This document shows, in pieces, positions 55,459-64,000 of a stretch of 64,000 nucleotides of DNA. Under the pieces are notes generated by a model, which was not told the origin of the DNA, did no database searches, and saw nothing but the letters and a program-made list of their open reading frames with translations. The number at the start of each line of letters is the position of its first letter. Positions within the stretch are counted from its first letter, which is position 1. The position numbers and the translations under genes were made by a program. The stretch covers positions 97,960 to 161,959 of the forward strand of contig JAZRSH010000029.1 of the NCBI GenBank assembly GCA_045651405.1, given 5' to 3'. This DNA is from Christensenellaceae bacterium (lineage in GTDB: Bacteria > Bacillota > Clostridia > Christensenellales > Borkfalkiaceae).

Positions 55459-56550
55459 ATGCAATCTAAAATTTATTTATATGAAAAATTCTTTACTGAA
55501 AAGGAAACTGAAATCTTTAAAGCAAACGGTTTAAGTGCAAGTATTTTTACTTACTCTACCGGCGTAAAAGCAGTTAAGATTAAAAACGAAAAGGGTAGTG
55601 CTACACTTCTTCCTTATATGGGTCAAATGATTTGGCGTGCCGACTTTAACGGTTACGAACTCACAATGAAATCAATTCACGATGAGCCTATTCAAGCCAA
55701 AGAATGCTATGCTGAAACTTACGGTTGCTTTTTAATGCATTGTGGTTTAACTGCTATGGGTAACCCAACAAGTGAAGACACTCATACACCACACGGCGAA
55801 CTTCCTGTATGTAAATACGACAGCGTTTATTTAATTTACGGCAACGATGAAAAGGGTAATTATATCGGTTTATCGGGTGTTTATACTAATAAAGCGGCTT
55901 TCGAAAGAAACTACGAATTTATCCCTGTTATCAAGTTATACGAAAACCAAACTTATTTTGATATCGAAGTTAAATTCACTAACAATAAAGACGTTCCACT
56001 TGAATATTACTATCTTTGCCATATCAACCACCGCCCTGTTGACGGTGCAAAACTTGAATATACTGCAGATAGAAAAACTATTAAGGTTAACCATGAAGTT
56101 CCTGAAGGATACTTTGATGAAAAGGGCGCTAAAGCCACTAACGATTACCTTGATAGGTTAGATAAAAACCCTGCATTAATGGACGAAATTGGTGCGGAAG
56201 GTCAAGCGTATAGACCTGAAATCGTATTCAGTATGAAATATACTGCAGATGAAAACGGCAACGCATACACAATGCAAATCAACCCTGATAAAACGGCAAC
56301 TTACGTTATCCACAATCCTAACGAATTACCTTACGGCGTAAGGTGGATTACAAGAACTGACGATGAAGACGCTATCGGTATGGTGCTTCCTGCAACTGCT
56401 GAACATTTTGGTAAGCTTTACTGCCAAAGAAACAACCAACAACGCTACCTTAAACGCGGTGAAACTGTAACTTACAAAATGCAAACGGGCTGGCTTGATA
56501 AAGAACAAGCAAGTGAAATGCTTGCTAAGATTAAGTCAATGAAATTTTAA
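55459..56550 (+). CDS. aldose-1-epimerase-like (DUF4432-type) protein
   Basis: Start moved to MQSKIYLYE (RBS AAGGGGAG). Overall resemblance to DUF4432/mutarotase-fold proteins, recalled from memory only. Confidence 0.45.
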   Translation: MQSKIYLYEKFFTEKETEIFKANGLSASIFTYSTGVKAVKIKNEKGSATLLPYMGQMIWRADFNGYELTMKSIHDEPIQAKECYAETYGCFLMHCGLTAMGNPTSEDTHTPHGELPVCKYDSVYLIYGNDEKGNYIGLSGVYTNKAAFERNYEFIPVIKLYENQTYFDIEVKFTNNKDVPLEYYYLCHINHRPVDGAKLEYTADRKTIKVNHEVPEGYFDEKGAKATNDYLDRLDKNPALMDEIGAEGQAYRPEIVFSMKYTADENGNAYTMQINPDKTATYVIHNPNELPYGVRWITRTDDEDAIGMVLPATAEHFGKLYCQRNNQQRYLKRGETVTYKMQTGWLDKEQASEMLAKIKSMKF

Positions 56551-56561
56551 TAAAAACAACA

Positions 56562-56591
56562 AAAAACAGTCGCGATTAGCGACTGTTTTTT
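56562..56591. terminator. bidirectional terminator with the minus-ORF stop codon in its loop
   Basis: AAAAACAGTCGC gatta GCGACTGTTTTT. Confidence 0.85.
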
Positions 56592-57562
56592 AATATTTCG
56601 TTATATAAATTTTCTACGTAAATGCTAAATCCAAGGTCGTTTGGGTGAAGGTATTTATCCGAATAAAATTCTTCTAAATGTGGTGTTAAATTGGTGCCCT
56701 TTATCACTTTAAAGTTAGGATAATCTTTGCAAAAATCATTGATTATATCGTGCATTTTGAAAAAGGGTATATCAATAAGCGGAAGCCTATCGTTATCACC
56801 GCGCCAAATAGGTGTGATAACGAAAACGGGCGTGTTTTTAAAGTTCAAATACACGTTTTCTAAAAACTGTTTAGCATGCTCTATAAATAGTTCTTTACAG
56901 CAAATACTCCAGTCGTTAGTGCCGTAAGCAATGGTAACATAATCGTAATTTCTACTTGGTTTGCAAGCCGAAAGTTCAGGGAAGAAAATTTCACCGCCGA
57001 TAGCCTTGTTATAAATATCCGCATTTAATTTTTTAGCAAGTTTACTTGAGTATGAAAGTGACGGATAAATAGCGTCGTAACCGTGTGTTATCGAATCGCC
57101 GTAGCAAAGGATATTTTTGTCTCTTTTAATAGGTGTTAAAATAGCACCGTCATCAACTACAACGTCCTTAAAATCTACCTTTACCGCCCAAGGGAAGTAC
57201 ACTTCAACGTGCTTTTCGCCAGATGATAATTTAGCGGTAAAAGTTGCGATTTCGCCTTCAATATTATCTATTCCAAAGTGGTTTGTTAATACGCCGTTTT
57301 CGTAAACGTCAAAGTAGCCGAACGGACGGCTTGAGGACTTAAAACACCTAAATGTAATACCAAAATTTTGGCTATCCGTTATAAAAGAAAGCCTTACGCC
57401 TGCAGGTGATAAAGTTTTTAAGTTCAAGTCTTGATTTCTATACGTTTGATACGCTTTAAATTCTTCTTCGTTAAAGCGGTAAAAGTTATAATAACCGTCA
57501 TTTTCTATAAGTTGTTCATAACCAAAAGCCACGTCTTGTAATTGTTGTTTTGAAAGTATCAT
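56576..57562 (-). CDS. SGNH/GDSL hydrolase (carbohydrate esterase-like) with N-terminal beta-sandwich domain
   Basis: ILCYGDSITHG (block I), AYGTNDW (block III), DKYLHPND (block V). Confidence 0.8.
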   Translation of the reverse strand: MILSKQQLQDVAFGYEQLIENDGYYNFYRFNEEEFKAYQTYRNQDLNLKTLSPAGVRLSFITDSQNFGITFRCFKSSSRPFGYFDVYENGVLTNHFGIDNIEGEIATFTAKLSSGEKHVEVYFPWAVKVDFKDVVVDDGAILTPIKRDKNILCYGDSITHGYDAIYPSLSYSSKLAKKLNADIYNKAIGGEIFFPELSACKPSRNYDYVTIAYGTNDWSICCKELFIEHAKQFLENVYLNFKNTPVFVITPIWRGDNDRLPLIDIPFFKMHDIINDFCKDYPNFKVIKGTNLTPHLEEFYSDKYLHPNDLGFSIYVENLYNEILKNSR

Positions 57563-57621
57563 AATACATTTATTTTAGTATAAAAATGCATTAAAGTCAA
57601 TAAAAACAACTCTCTTTACCC

Positions 57622-57650
57622 TTGATTTAATATCTTTAAAGTGATATAAT
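57622..57650 (+). promoter_or_regulatory. sigmaA-type promoter
   Basis: TTGATT (57622-57627), 17 nt spacer, TATAAT (57645-57650) with TGa extended -10. Confidence 0.55.
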
Positions 57651-57667
57651 TTACGTGGGAGAATATT

Positions 57668-59173
57668 ATGAAAAACAAAATCTTAAAAATTTTAACTATC
57701 ACAACACTTTTAACTTTAAGTTTATGTATTATTACTGCTTGTGGCGGTAGTTCTCATACCCACGAATTTAAAAATATCAAAAGCGATGCTACTAACCATT
57801 GGTACGCGTGCGATTGCGGTGAAACTACTTCAAAAGACCATCACAAGGGCGGAACTGCTACATGCAAAAGCAAAGCCGTTTGTAGTGAATGTGGTGTAGA
57901 GTATGGCGATTTAGCGCAAAACCACCTTGATAACGGCGATGGCATTTGTTCGCTATGCGATGCAATTTTATACTCAACCCAAGGTTTAAAGTTTGAATTA
58001 TCAAGCGACCAAACCTATGTGGAGGTTGTTGGGTATGAAGGCGATAGCCAAAATATAATCATTGCAAACCATTATAACAATTTGCCGATAACAACCATTT
58101 GTGAAAAGGCTTTTTATGGCAATACAAGTATTGTTAGCGTTGTTATGTCTAACTTTATTACTAATATAGAATCTCAAGCTTTTACGGGTTGTACAGGGCT
58201 TAAAAGCATAGAAATTAAAGGGGATAATGCTAATTATACTTCAATAGACGGCAGTTTATATTCTAAGGATAAAAAGACCTTAATTCAATACGCTATTGGT
58301 AATGAAGAAGAATCTTTTAAACTGGCTGATACGGTAACGGAAATAGGCGATTACGCCCTTGCTTATTCAAGATTTAACAATCTTTTAACCTTGCCAAACA
58401 CCATTAATAAAATAGGTAAATACGCGTTTAAAGGCACTTATTTATATTCGGGTATAGAACTTCCTACAAACTTAACTGCAATTAACGAATACGCGTTTAG
58501 CGAAGTAGAGTGGCTTACTGAAATAAAAATTCCAAGTGCGGTAAAAACTATCGAAAGCAACGCCTTTTGTAAATGTGCAAGGTTAAGCAAAGTAACTTTT
58601 AATAGCGATAGTCAACTTCAAACCATTTCGGAATACGCGTTTAGCGAAACGAGTTTATACTACGGCATACAATTGCCAAACTCGCTGACAATTATCGGTA
58701 ATAACGCCTTTAACGAGTGTAAATATCTTTCAAACATAACTATACCAAGTAGTGTAACTAATATAGGTTATTACGCATTTTATAAATGTGAAGAACTTAA
58801 AACGGTAACCGTTCAAAAGGACTCTCAATTAAAAATAATAGAGTTTTACGCTTTTGGGGTATGCAGTAAACTTACAACGTTTGATTTTGGAGAAAATAGC
58901 ATCTTAGAAATTATTGACGATAGAGTTTTTTACGCTTGCGACTCACTTAAAAATATAACTTTACCAAGCACTTTAAAAAATATAGGTAATAGTGCCTTCC
59001 ATTTCTGTCAATCGCTTGATTATATTTATATACCAAAAAGCGTAGAAGTTATGGGCGTTAACGTTTTCCATAACTGTAATTGGACGATAATTTACTGCGA
59101 AGCACTAAGCGAGCCTAAAGATTGGAACGTTGCTTGGAACTCATCAAACTGCACGGTATACTGGGGCTGTTAA
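57668..59173 (+). CDS. BspA-type leucine-rich-repeat lipoprotein with N-terminal Cys/His-rich module
   Basis: Lipobox LCIITACGG, HTHEF...CDCG...ATCKSKAVCSECGVEYG, then many AF..C..L LRR units. Confidence 0.8.
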   Translation: MKNKILKILTITTLLTLSLCIITACGGSSHTHEFKNIKSDATNHWYACDCGETTSKDHHKGGTATCKSKAVCSECGVEYGDLAQNHLDNGDGICSLCDAILYSTQGLKFELSSDQTYVEVVGYEGDSQNIIIANHYNNLPITTICEKAFYGNTSIVSVVMSNFITNIESQAFTGCTGLKSIEIKGDNANYTSIDGSLYSKDKKTLIQYAIGNEEESFKLADTVTEIGDYALAYSRFNNLLTLPNTINKIGKYAFKGTYLYSGIELPTNLTAINEYAFSEVEWLTEIKIPSAVKTIESNAFCKCARLSKVTFNSDSQLQTISEYAFSETSLYYGIQLPNSLTIIGNNAFNECKYLSNITIPSSVTNIGYYAFYKCEELKTVTVQKDSQLKIIEFYAFGVCSKLTTFDFGENSILEIIDDRVFYACDSLKNITLPSTLKNIGNSAFHFCQSLDYIYIPKSVEVMGVNVFHNCNWTIIYCEALSEPKDWNVAWNSSNCTVYWGC

Positions 59174-59199
59174 ATATAACTAAACAATAATTAATAATA

Positions 59200-59230
59200 A
59201 AAAACACTACGGAAATCCGTAGTGTTTTTG
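59200..59230. terminator. bidirectional terminator
   Basis: AAAACACTACGG aaat CCGTAGTGTTTT. Confidence 0.85.
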
Positions 59231-59244
59231 TTTTGCATTATATC

Positions 59245-61215
59245 TTATTTATTAAGCATTTCTTCTGCAGTTTTAACAACGTTTTCAGCAGTAAAGCCGT
59301 AGTAGTTGAAAAGTTCTTTAGCAGGACCTGATGCGCCAAATTCATCGATACCGATAACTTTACCATCTAAGCCTGCGTATTTATACCAGCTGTATTTTGA
59401 ACCAGCTTCGATACAAATTCTATTTCTAACTTTTGCTGGGATAACGCTGTTTTTGTAGCTTTGGCTTTGTGCTTCGAAAAGTTCGATACATGGCATTGAA
59501 ACAACCCTTGTTGCAATACCTTTTGCTTCTAATTCGTCACTTGCCTTCATTGCTACTGCAACTTCAGAGCCAGATGCAATTAAAATCATATCAGGTGTCT
59601 TTTTAGATGCTTCTTTTAAGATGTAACCACCCTTAAGTGCGTTTTTAGCAGTACCTTCATAGTTAGGTAATGTTTGACGTGAAAGGATAATGCTTGTAGG
59701 ACCTTTCTTAGTAAATGCAGTAATGTAAGCGCAAGAAGTTTCGTTACCGTCGCAAGGTCTAAATACCTTCATGTTAGGGATAGTTCTAAGTGCGATAAGG
59801 TGTTCGATAGGTTGGTGGGTAGGACCGTCTTCACCAACACCGATAGAGTCGTGTGTTAAAACGTAAGTTACGTTTACGTTCATAAGTGCTGATAAACGCA
59901 TTGCGTTTTTCATGTAATCGCTAAATACCATGAAAGTAGAGCAGAAAGGAAGAATACCGCCGTGTGTAGCCATACCGTTACAGATAGCGCTCATAGCGTG
60001 TTCCCTAATACCAAAGTGAATGTTTTTGCCTTGTGGATTTTCTGCGTTAAAGTCAGCAACACCTTTAAGTGTAGTTTTGCATGAAGGACCAAGGTCGGCA
60101 GAACCACCTAAAAGGTTAGGAAGTTTTTTAGCAATTTTGTTAAGAACGTTACCACCGTGATTTCTTGTAGCATCGTCTTTTTCAAAGTTGAATAAATCGC
60201 TATCGTCGATTGTTGGAAGTTTACCGCTATTGATTTCTAAGAATTGTTTAGCAAGTTCAGGGTATTCAGCGCTGTATGCTTTGAACATAGCCTTCCAAGC
60301 CCTTTCAGCCTTAGCGCCACGGCGACCTGCTGATTTAGCGTGTTTGTAAACTGCTTCGTCTACTGTGAATGGGTCATAGTTATAGTCAAGGTTTTTCTTT
60401 AATGCAACGATACCGTCTGCACCAAGAGGAGCACCGTGTGTAGATGCAGAACCTTGGTTAGGTGCACCGTAACCTATAGTAGTGTGGCAAACGATAAGTG
60501 AAGGTTTTTCAGTTTCAGCTTTTGCTTTATTGATTGCTTTTTTAATAGCTTTAACGTCGTTACCATCTTTAACGTCAATAACTTGCCAGCCTTGTGCGAT
60601 ATGGCGTTTTCTAACGTCTTCAGTAAAGGCAAGGTCTGTGCTACCTTCGATAGTGATGTTGTTTTCATCATATAAAACGATAAGTTTACCAAGTTTTAAA
60701 GTACCTGCAAGTGAAGCTGCTTCGTATGCGATACCTTCCATTAAACAACCGTCGCCACAAAGTGCGTAAGTGTAGTGGTCAACAACAGGGAAACCTTCTT
60801 TATTGTAGATAGATGCAAGGTGTTTTTCAGCAATAGCCATACCTACTGCGTTAGCAATACCTTGACCAAGTGGGCCCGTTGAAGTTTCAATACCATCTGT
60901 GTGGTTGTATTCAGGGTGACCTGGAGTTTTAGAACCAAATTGACGGAAGCCTTTTACGTCTTCCATAGATAATTTGTATCCGTAAAGGTGAAGTAAAGAA
61001 TAGTTAAGTGCAGAGCCGTGACCTGCGGATAAAATAAAACGGTCACGGTTTAACCATTTACTATTTTTTGGGTTAAATTTAAGTGCGTTTTGCCAAAGTG
61101 AATAAGCAATAGGTGCAGCACCAAGCGCAATACCTGGGTGGCCAGAATTTGCTTTTTCTACGGCTTCTGCCGAAAGTACACGAATAGCATTAATTGTAAG
61201 CTTTGAAGCGTCCAT
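59245..61215 (-). CDS. tkt: transketolase
   Basis: 656 aa. [19 protein letters not shown] (ThDP motif), GEDGPTHQP. Confidence 0.95.
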   Translation of the reverse strand: MDASKLTINAIRVLSAEAVEKANSGHPGIALGAAPIAYSLWQNALKFNPKNSKWLNRDRFILSAGHGSALNYSLLHLYGYKLSMEDVKGFRQFGSKTPGHPEYNHTDGIETSTGPLGQGIANAVGMAIAEKHLASIYNKEGFPVVDHYTYALCGDGCLMEGIAYEAASLAGTLKLGKLIVLYDENNITIEGSTDLAFTEDVRKRHIAQGWQVIDVKDGNDVKAIKKAINKAKAETEKPSLIVCHTTIGYGAPNQGSASTHGAPLGADGIVALKKNLDYNYDPFTVDEAVYKHAKSAGRRGAKAERAWKAMFKAYSAEYPELAKQFLEINSGKLPTIDDSDLFNFEKDDATRNHGGNVLNKIAKKLPNLLGGSADLGPSCKTTLKGVADFNAENPQGKNIHFGIREHAMSAICNGMATHGGILPFCSTFMVFSDYMKNAMRLSALMNVNVTYVLTHDSIGVGEDGPTHQPIEHLIALRTIPNMKVFRPCDGNETSCAYITAFTKKGPTSIILSRQTLPNYEGTAKNALKGGYILKEASKKTPDMILIASGSEVAVAMKASDELEAKGIATRVVSMPCIELFEAQSQSYKNSVIPAKVRNRICIEAGSKYSWYKYAGLDGKVIGIDEFGASGPAKELFNYYGFTAENVVKTAEEMLNK

Positions 61216-61416
61216 AAAAATTATCTCCTTAATTTTTCATTAATATTAATTATAGCACACTTTTTGGCTGAAATAAAGTAATAATAGTAAAAAAATCAAG
61301 GTTTTTAAAATCTTTGTGATAATTTCACGATTATTGCAAGAGAGAATTGGCTATAATTATTAAAACGCTTTACTTTTTAGGCATTTACAATTATAATAAA
61401 TAATACGGTAATATAT

Positions 61417-62556
61417 ATGAAACCAATAAAAAATGAACTTTCTAAGAGCTTAAAAGGCAATAAATACTACAATCCTAATACCTTCAATGCAATTGATGGT
61501 TTACTTGCGTATTTTACTATTTTGATAGCCTTTTTTGCGGTGGGTAAACTATTACAGCCTTGCGTTAACTATATTGTTGATAGAAAAATTATTGGCGACT
61601 ATTTTTTGCTTGAAATACTTCTTGGGTTGATTTCACAAGGCATTATATTAGCCGTTGCTATAACTTTTTTCAAGATAAAAAAGGTGGGATTTTTTAGCGG
61701 AGAAGGTTATACCTTCAATGTAAATGCCATTGATTTATTAATGTCGGTTATGCTTATTTTAGCAATAGGCTTATGTTTTTATTCGTTGCACGTTAGTTTT
61801 CTTGATGATATGACGGGTATTTTTGGCGATTTAGGTTTAACAATCCCCGAAAGCGTAGTAAAAAACAGCAATATTTTTTACATGGCGTTTTATACTTTTA
61901 TAATTGTGCCTATATTCCCAGCAATTATTGAAGAATTGCTTTTTAGGGGTATAGTTATGCGCGGTATGGCAAAAAACGGCGTTGTTTTTTCCATAATAGG
62001 CTCATCGATTTTATTCGCAACAATGCACGGTAGCGTAGGCATGCTTATTCTTCAGTTCCTCGTAGGATTATCAATAGGCATAGTTGTTACTATTACTAAA
62101 AACCACTTCTACGGCGTGGCAATGCATTTTACAAACAATTTATTTTTAAGCATAATACTTACCCTTCCTGATATGGCAGGGGGTATAGCACCGCATTTAG
62201 AATTCGTTGTATCGGCATTTGTAACGATATACGGCATTGTATTCTTAATAATTTCAGCCTACTATTTCTTGAAGAAATATATGGCTAAATATAAGGCTGA
62301 AATCTTAGGTGTTAAAAAACAAAAATCTCAGTTTGAAAAAACGCCTTTGGTATGTTATTCTTTTTTAAATTATTGCGATAGGGAATATTATTTAAAAGAA
62401 TACGCCTCTTTGGATAAAGACTTAATTGAAAATACTAACACGGTGTTTTTATATAAAGATAAATTTGTTAAATTTAATAAAAATTCAAGCGCAAAACTTA
62501 CGTATATTCTCTATGCGTTAGCCCTTGTTGTATCTTGCGTTATGATTTTTATTTAA
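61417..62556 (+). CDS. CPBP family intramembrane glutamic endopeptidase
   Basis: EELLFRG, FATMHG and HFTNN motifs in a polytopic protein. Confidence 0.8.
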   Translation: MKPIKNELSKSLKGNKYYNPNTFNAIDGLLAYFTILIAFFAVGKLLQPCVNYIVDRKIIGDYFLLEILLGLISQGIILAVAITFFKIKKVGFFSGEGYTFNVNAIDLLMSVMLILAIGLCFYSLHVSFLDDMTGIFGDLGLTIPESVVKNSNIFYMAFYTFIIVPIFPAIIEELLFRGIVMRGMAKNGVVFSIIGSSILFATMHGSVGMLILQFLVGLSIGIVVTITKNHFYGVAMHFTNNLFLSIILTLPDMAGGIAPHLEFVVSAFVTIYGIVFLIISAYYFLKKYMAKYKAEILGVKKQKSQFEKTPLVCYSFLNYCDREYYLKEYASLDKDLIENTNTVFLYKDKFVKFNKNSSAKLTYILYALALVVSCVMIFI

Positions 62557-62569
62557 TAGGAGAAAATAT

Positions 62570-63448
62570 ATGTATTTAAATGGACTTTTACAAAGTACTA
62601 CTGATATCCTTCAAGGCTTAATGGAAGATTCTGCAGTTATGGAATTAGGTGCTAATATTTTTACAATATTAATCACCATCGTTCTTTTTGTTTTTAAAGC
62701 AATTGCTATTTACACTATGGCAAAAAGACGTTCTTTTAATAATCTTTGGATGGCTTTTGTACCATTTTTAAACTACGTTTTACTTGGTAAACTTATAGGT
62801 AACGTCGTTGTTTGGGGTAAAAAGGTTAAAAACTTAGGTTTACTCCTTTGCATTGTATCGGCAGTTTCTTCAGTTTTATACTATGCTATAAATGCTGGTT
62901 ATTATATTTCAGTTATCGAAGCAACCTTCCAAGTTAAGTTTGCGTTTGCAAGCGCCTTTATTACAAGCTGGGTTCAACAAACTACTATCGTTTGGGATAT
63001 TTTCCGCTACGTTTACTACGTAGTAAGTATAATCACTACAATTTTAGAATGTTGGGTTATCTTTTCTATCTTTAGAAAATACGCTCCTGAAAGGTCGCTT
63101 ATGTACTCTTTAATTTCGATTTTTACAGACCTTCTTTTATTCCCAATCTTCCTTTTCGTGATAAGGAATAGAAAAGTTGTTACGTTTGAAGACTTTTTAA
63201 GAACGCGTAATAGATATTACACGCAAAACCCTAACGGTGGATATAACCAAAATTCAAACGGTGGCTATAACGGTGGATATTATTCTAACCCAACCCCACC
63301 TACTAACGAGGTAGACCCTTTCCCTGAATTTTCTAACAAACCTAAAAACACGGATAATGGTTACTCTTCAACAAACCCTTACGAAAGGGCTAACGAAACA
63401 CAAAACTCTAACACAAACGATTCAAAAGAAGACGATTTATTTAATTAA
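62570..63448 (+). CDS. hypothetical membrane protein with Asn/Gly/Tyr-rich C-terminal tail
   Basis: 5-6 TM helices. Tail QNPNGGYNQNSNGGYNGGYYSNP. RBS AGGAGAA upstream. Confidence 0.55.
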   Translation: MYLNGLLQSTTDILQGLMEDSAVMELGANIFTILITIVLFVFKAIAIYTMAKRRSFNNLWMAFVPFLNYVLLGKLIGNVVVWGKKVKNLGLLLCIVSAVSSVLYYAINAGYYISVIEATFQVKFAFASAFITSWVQQTTIVWDIFRYVYYVVSIITTILECWVIFSIFRKYAPERSLMYSLISIFTDLLLFPIFLFVIRNRKVVTFEDFLRTRNRYYTQNPNGGYNQNSNGGYNGGYYSNPTPPTNEVDPFPEFSNKPKNTDNGYSSTNPYERANETQNSNTNDSKEDDLFN

Positions 63449-63453
63449 TTACT

Positions 63454-64000
63454 ATGGAAGAAATTATCTCAGCAATATCAACGGCAAGTGGTACGGGCGG
63501 TGTTGCAATCATAAGGGCAAGCGGTGAAAACGTTTTAGGTCTTGCCGAAAAAATGTTCAAGCCTTTATCAAAAACGGTAAAAGTTAAAGACTTTGAACCA
63601 TATAAAATGTATGTTGGCGAAATTGACGCGGGTGATTTTACCGATTTTGGTATGATGGTTTTCTTTAAAGCACCTAAAAGCTATACCGGCGAAGATATGA
63701 TAGAATTCCATTGTCACGGCGGTGTAATTATTACGCAAGGCATACTTAAAAGAACGTATGAACTTGGCGCAATACCTGCAACTCGTGGTGAGTTTACTAA
63801 GCGTGCCTTTGTTAACGGCAAACTTTCTTTAGATAGTGCCGAAGGCTTAATCAATATGATTAATAGTGAATCAACCGCATCGCTTAAAGTTGGCTATAAC
63901 TTATATCGTGAAAAATTATACGCTAAAATCAACGAACTTCAAGACGATTTAACCTACGCCTTAGCAAGTGTTGACGCGGATATTGACTATCCTGAAGAAG
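63454..64000 (+). CDS. mnmE: tRNA modification GTPase MnmE, N-terminal part (continues past window end)
   Basis: MEEIISAISTASGTGGVAIIRASG...FKAPKSYTGEDMIEFHCHGG. Confidence 0.9.
   Translation, partial: MEEIISAISTASGTGGVAIIRASGENVLGLAEKMFKPLSKTVKVKDFEPYKMYVGEIDAGDFTDFGMMVFFKAPKSYTGEDMIEFHCHGGVIITQGILKRTYELGAIPATRGEFTKRAFVNGKLSLDSAEGLINMINSESTASLKVGYNLYREKLYAKINELQDDLTYALASVDADIDYPEE

Noticed and set aside
62570-63448. The Asn/Gly/Tyr-rich tail of the membrane protein as a prion-like or functional repeat.
   Set aside because: It is a short low-complexity segment without exact repeats. Such tails are common on bacterial membrane proteins and nothing further can be supported from the sequence.

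Overview
This is a low-GC, Firmicutes/Clostridia-like chromosomal segment. Supporting signs are a T-box leader, rplU-rpmA with an L27 propeptide, yqzL-like/recO, lipobox lipoproteins and AGGAGG-type RBSs. It is densely coding on both strands. I recognised no rRNA, tRNA, CRISPR, transposase or integrase genes. Gene content in order: serS (partial); a Cys T-box leader with cysE, cysS and a short alaS; an 11-gene packed operon (mdh, fumC, hdrB, hdrC, hdrA, mvhD, three Flx/Asr-like Fe-S/flavin subunits, frdB, frdA) followed by an AAE-family transporter; a pectin/hexuronate block (GH28-like, GH-A, eda, CE4, kdgK); yqzL-like/recO and hup; M23 and M1 peptidases; BspA-type LRR lipoproteins; ttcA, rhaB, mrp/apbC, DUF1846; a 938-aa collagen-repeat Cys-rich lipoprotein; rplU-rpmA; GTP-PEPCK; patatin; a DEDDh exonuclease; transketolase; a CPBP protease; mnmE (partial). 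Two things stand out. (1) A soluble FrdAB-type fumarate reductase is embedded in an HdrABC-MvhD-Flx-like module with no membrane anchor, which makes it a candidate uncharacterised NADH/ferredoxin- or thiol-coupled fumarate reductase. (2) At least three families of 125-160 bp intergenic long-hairpin repeats mostly sit directly after stop codons of plus-strand genes, and their copies differ by compensatory base-pair changes. A related array of four different perfect hairpins is separated by an invariant ATATAAC linker. All calls come from reading the sequence and the ORF track by eye; no database search was run.
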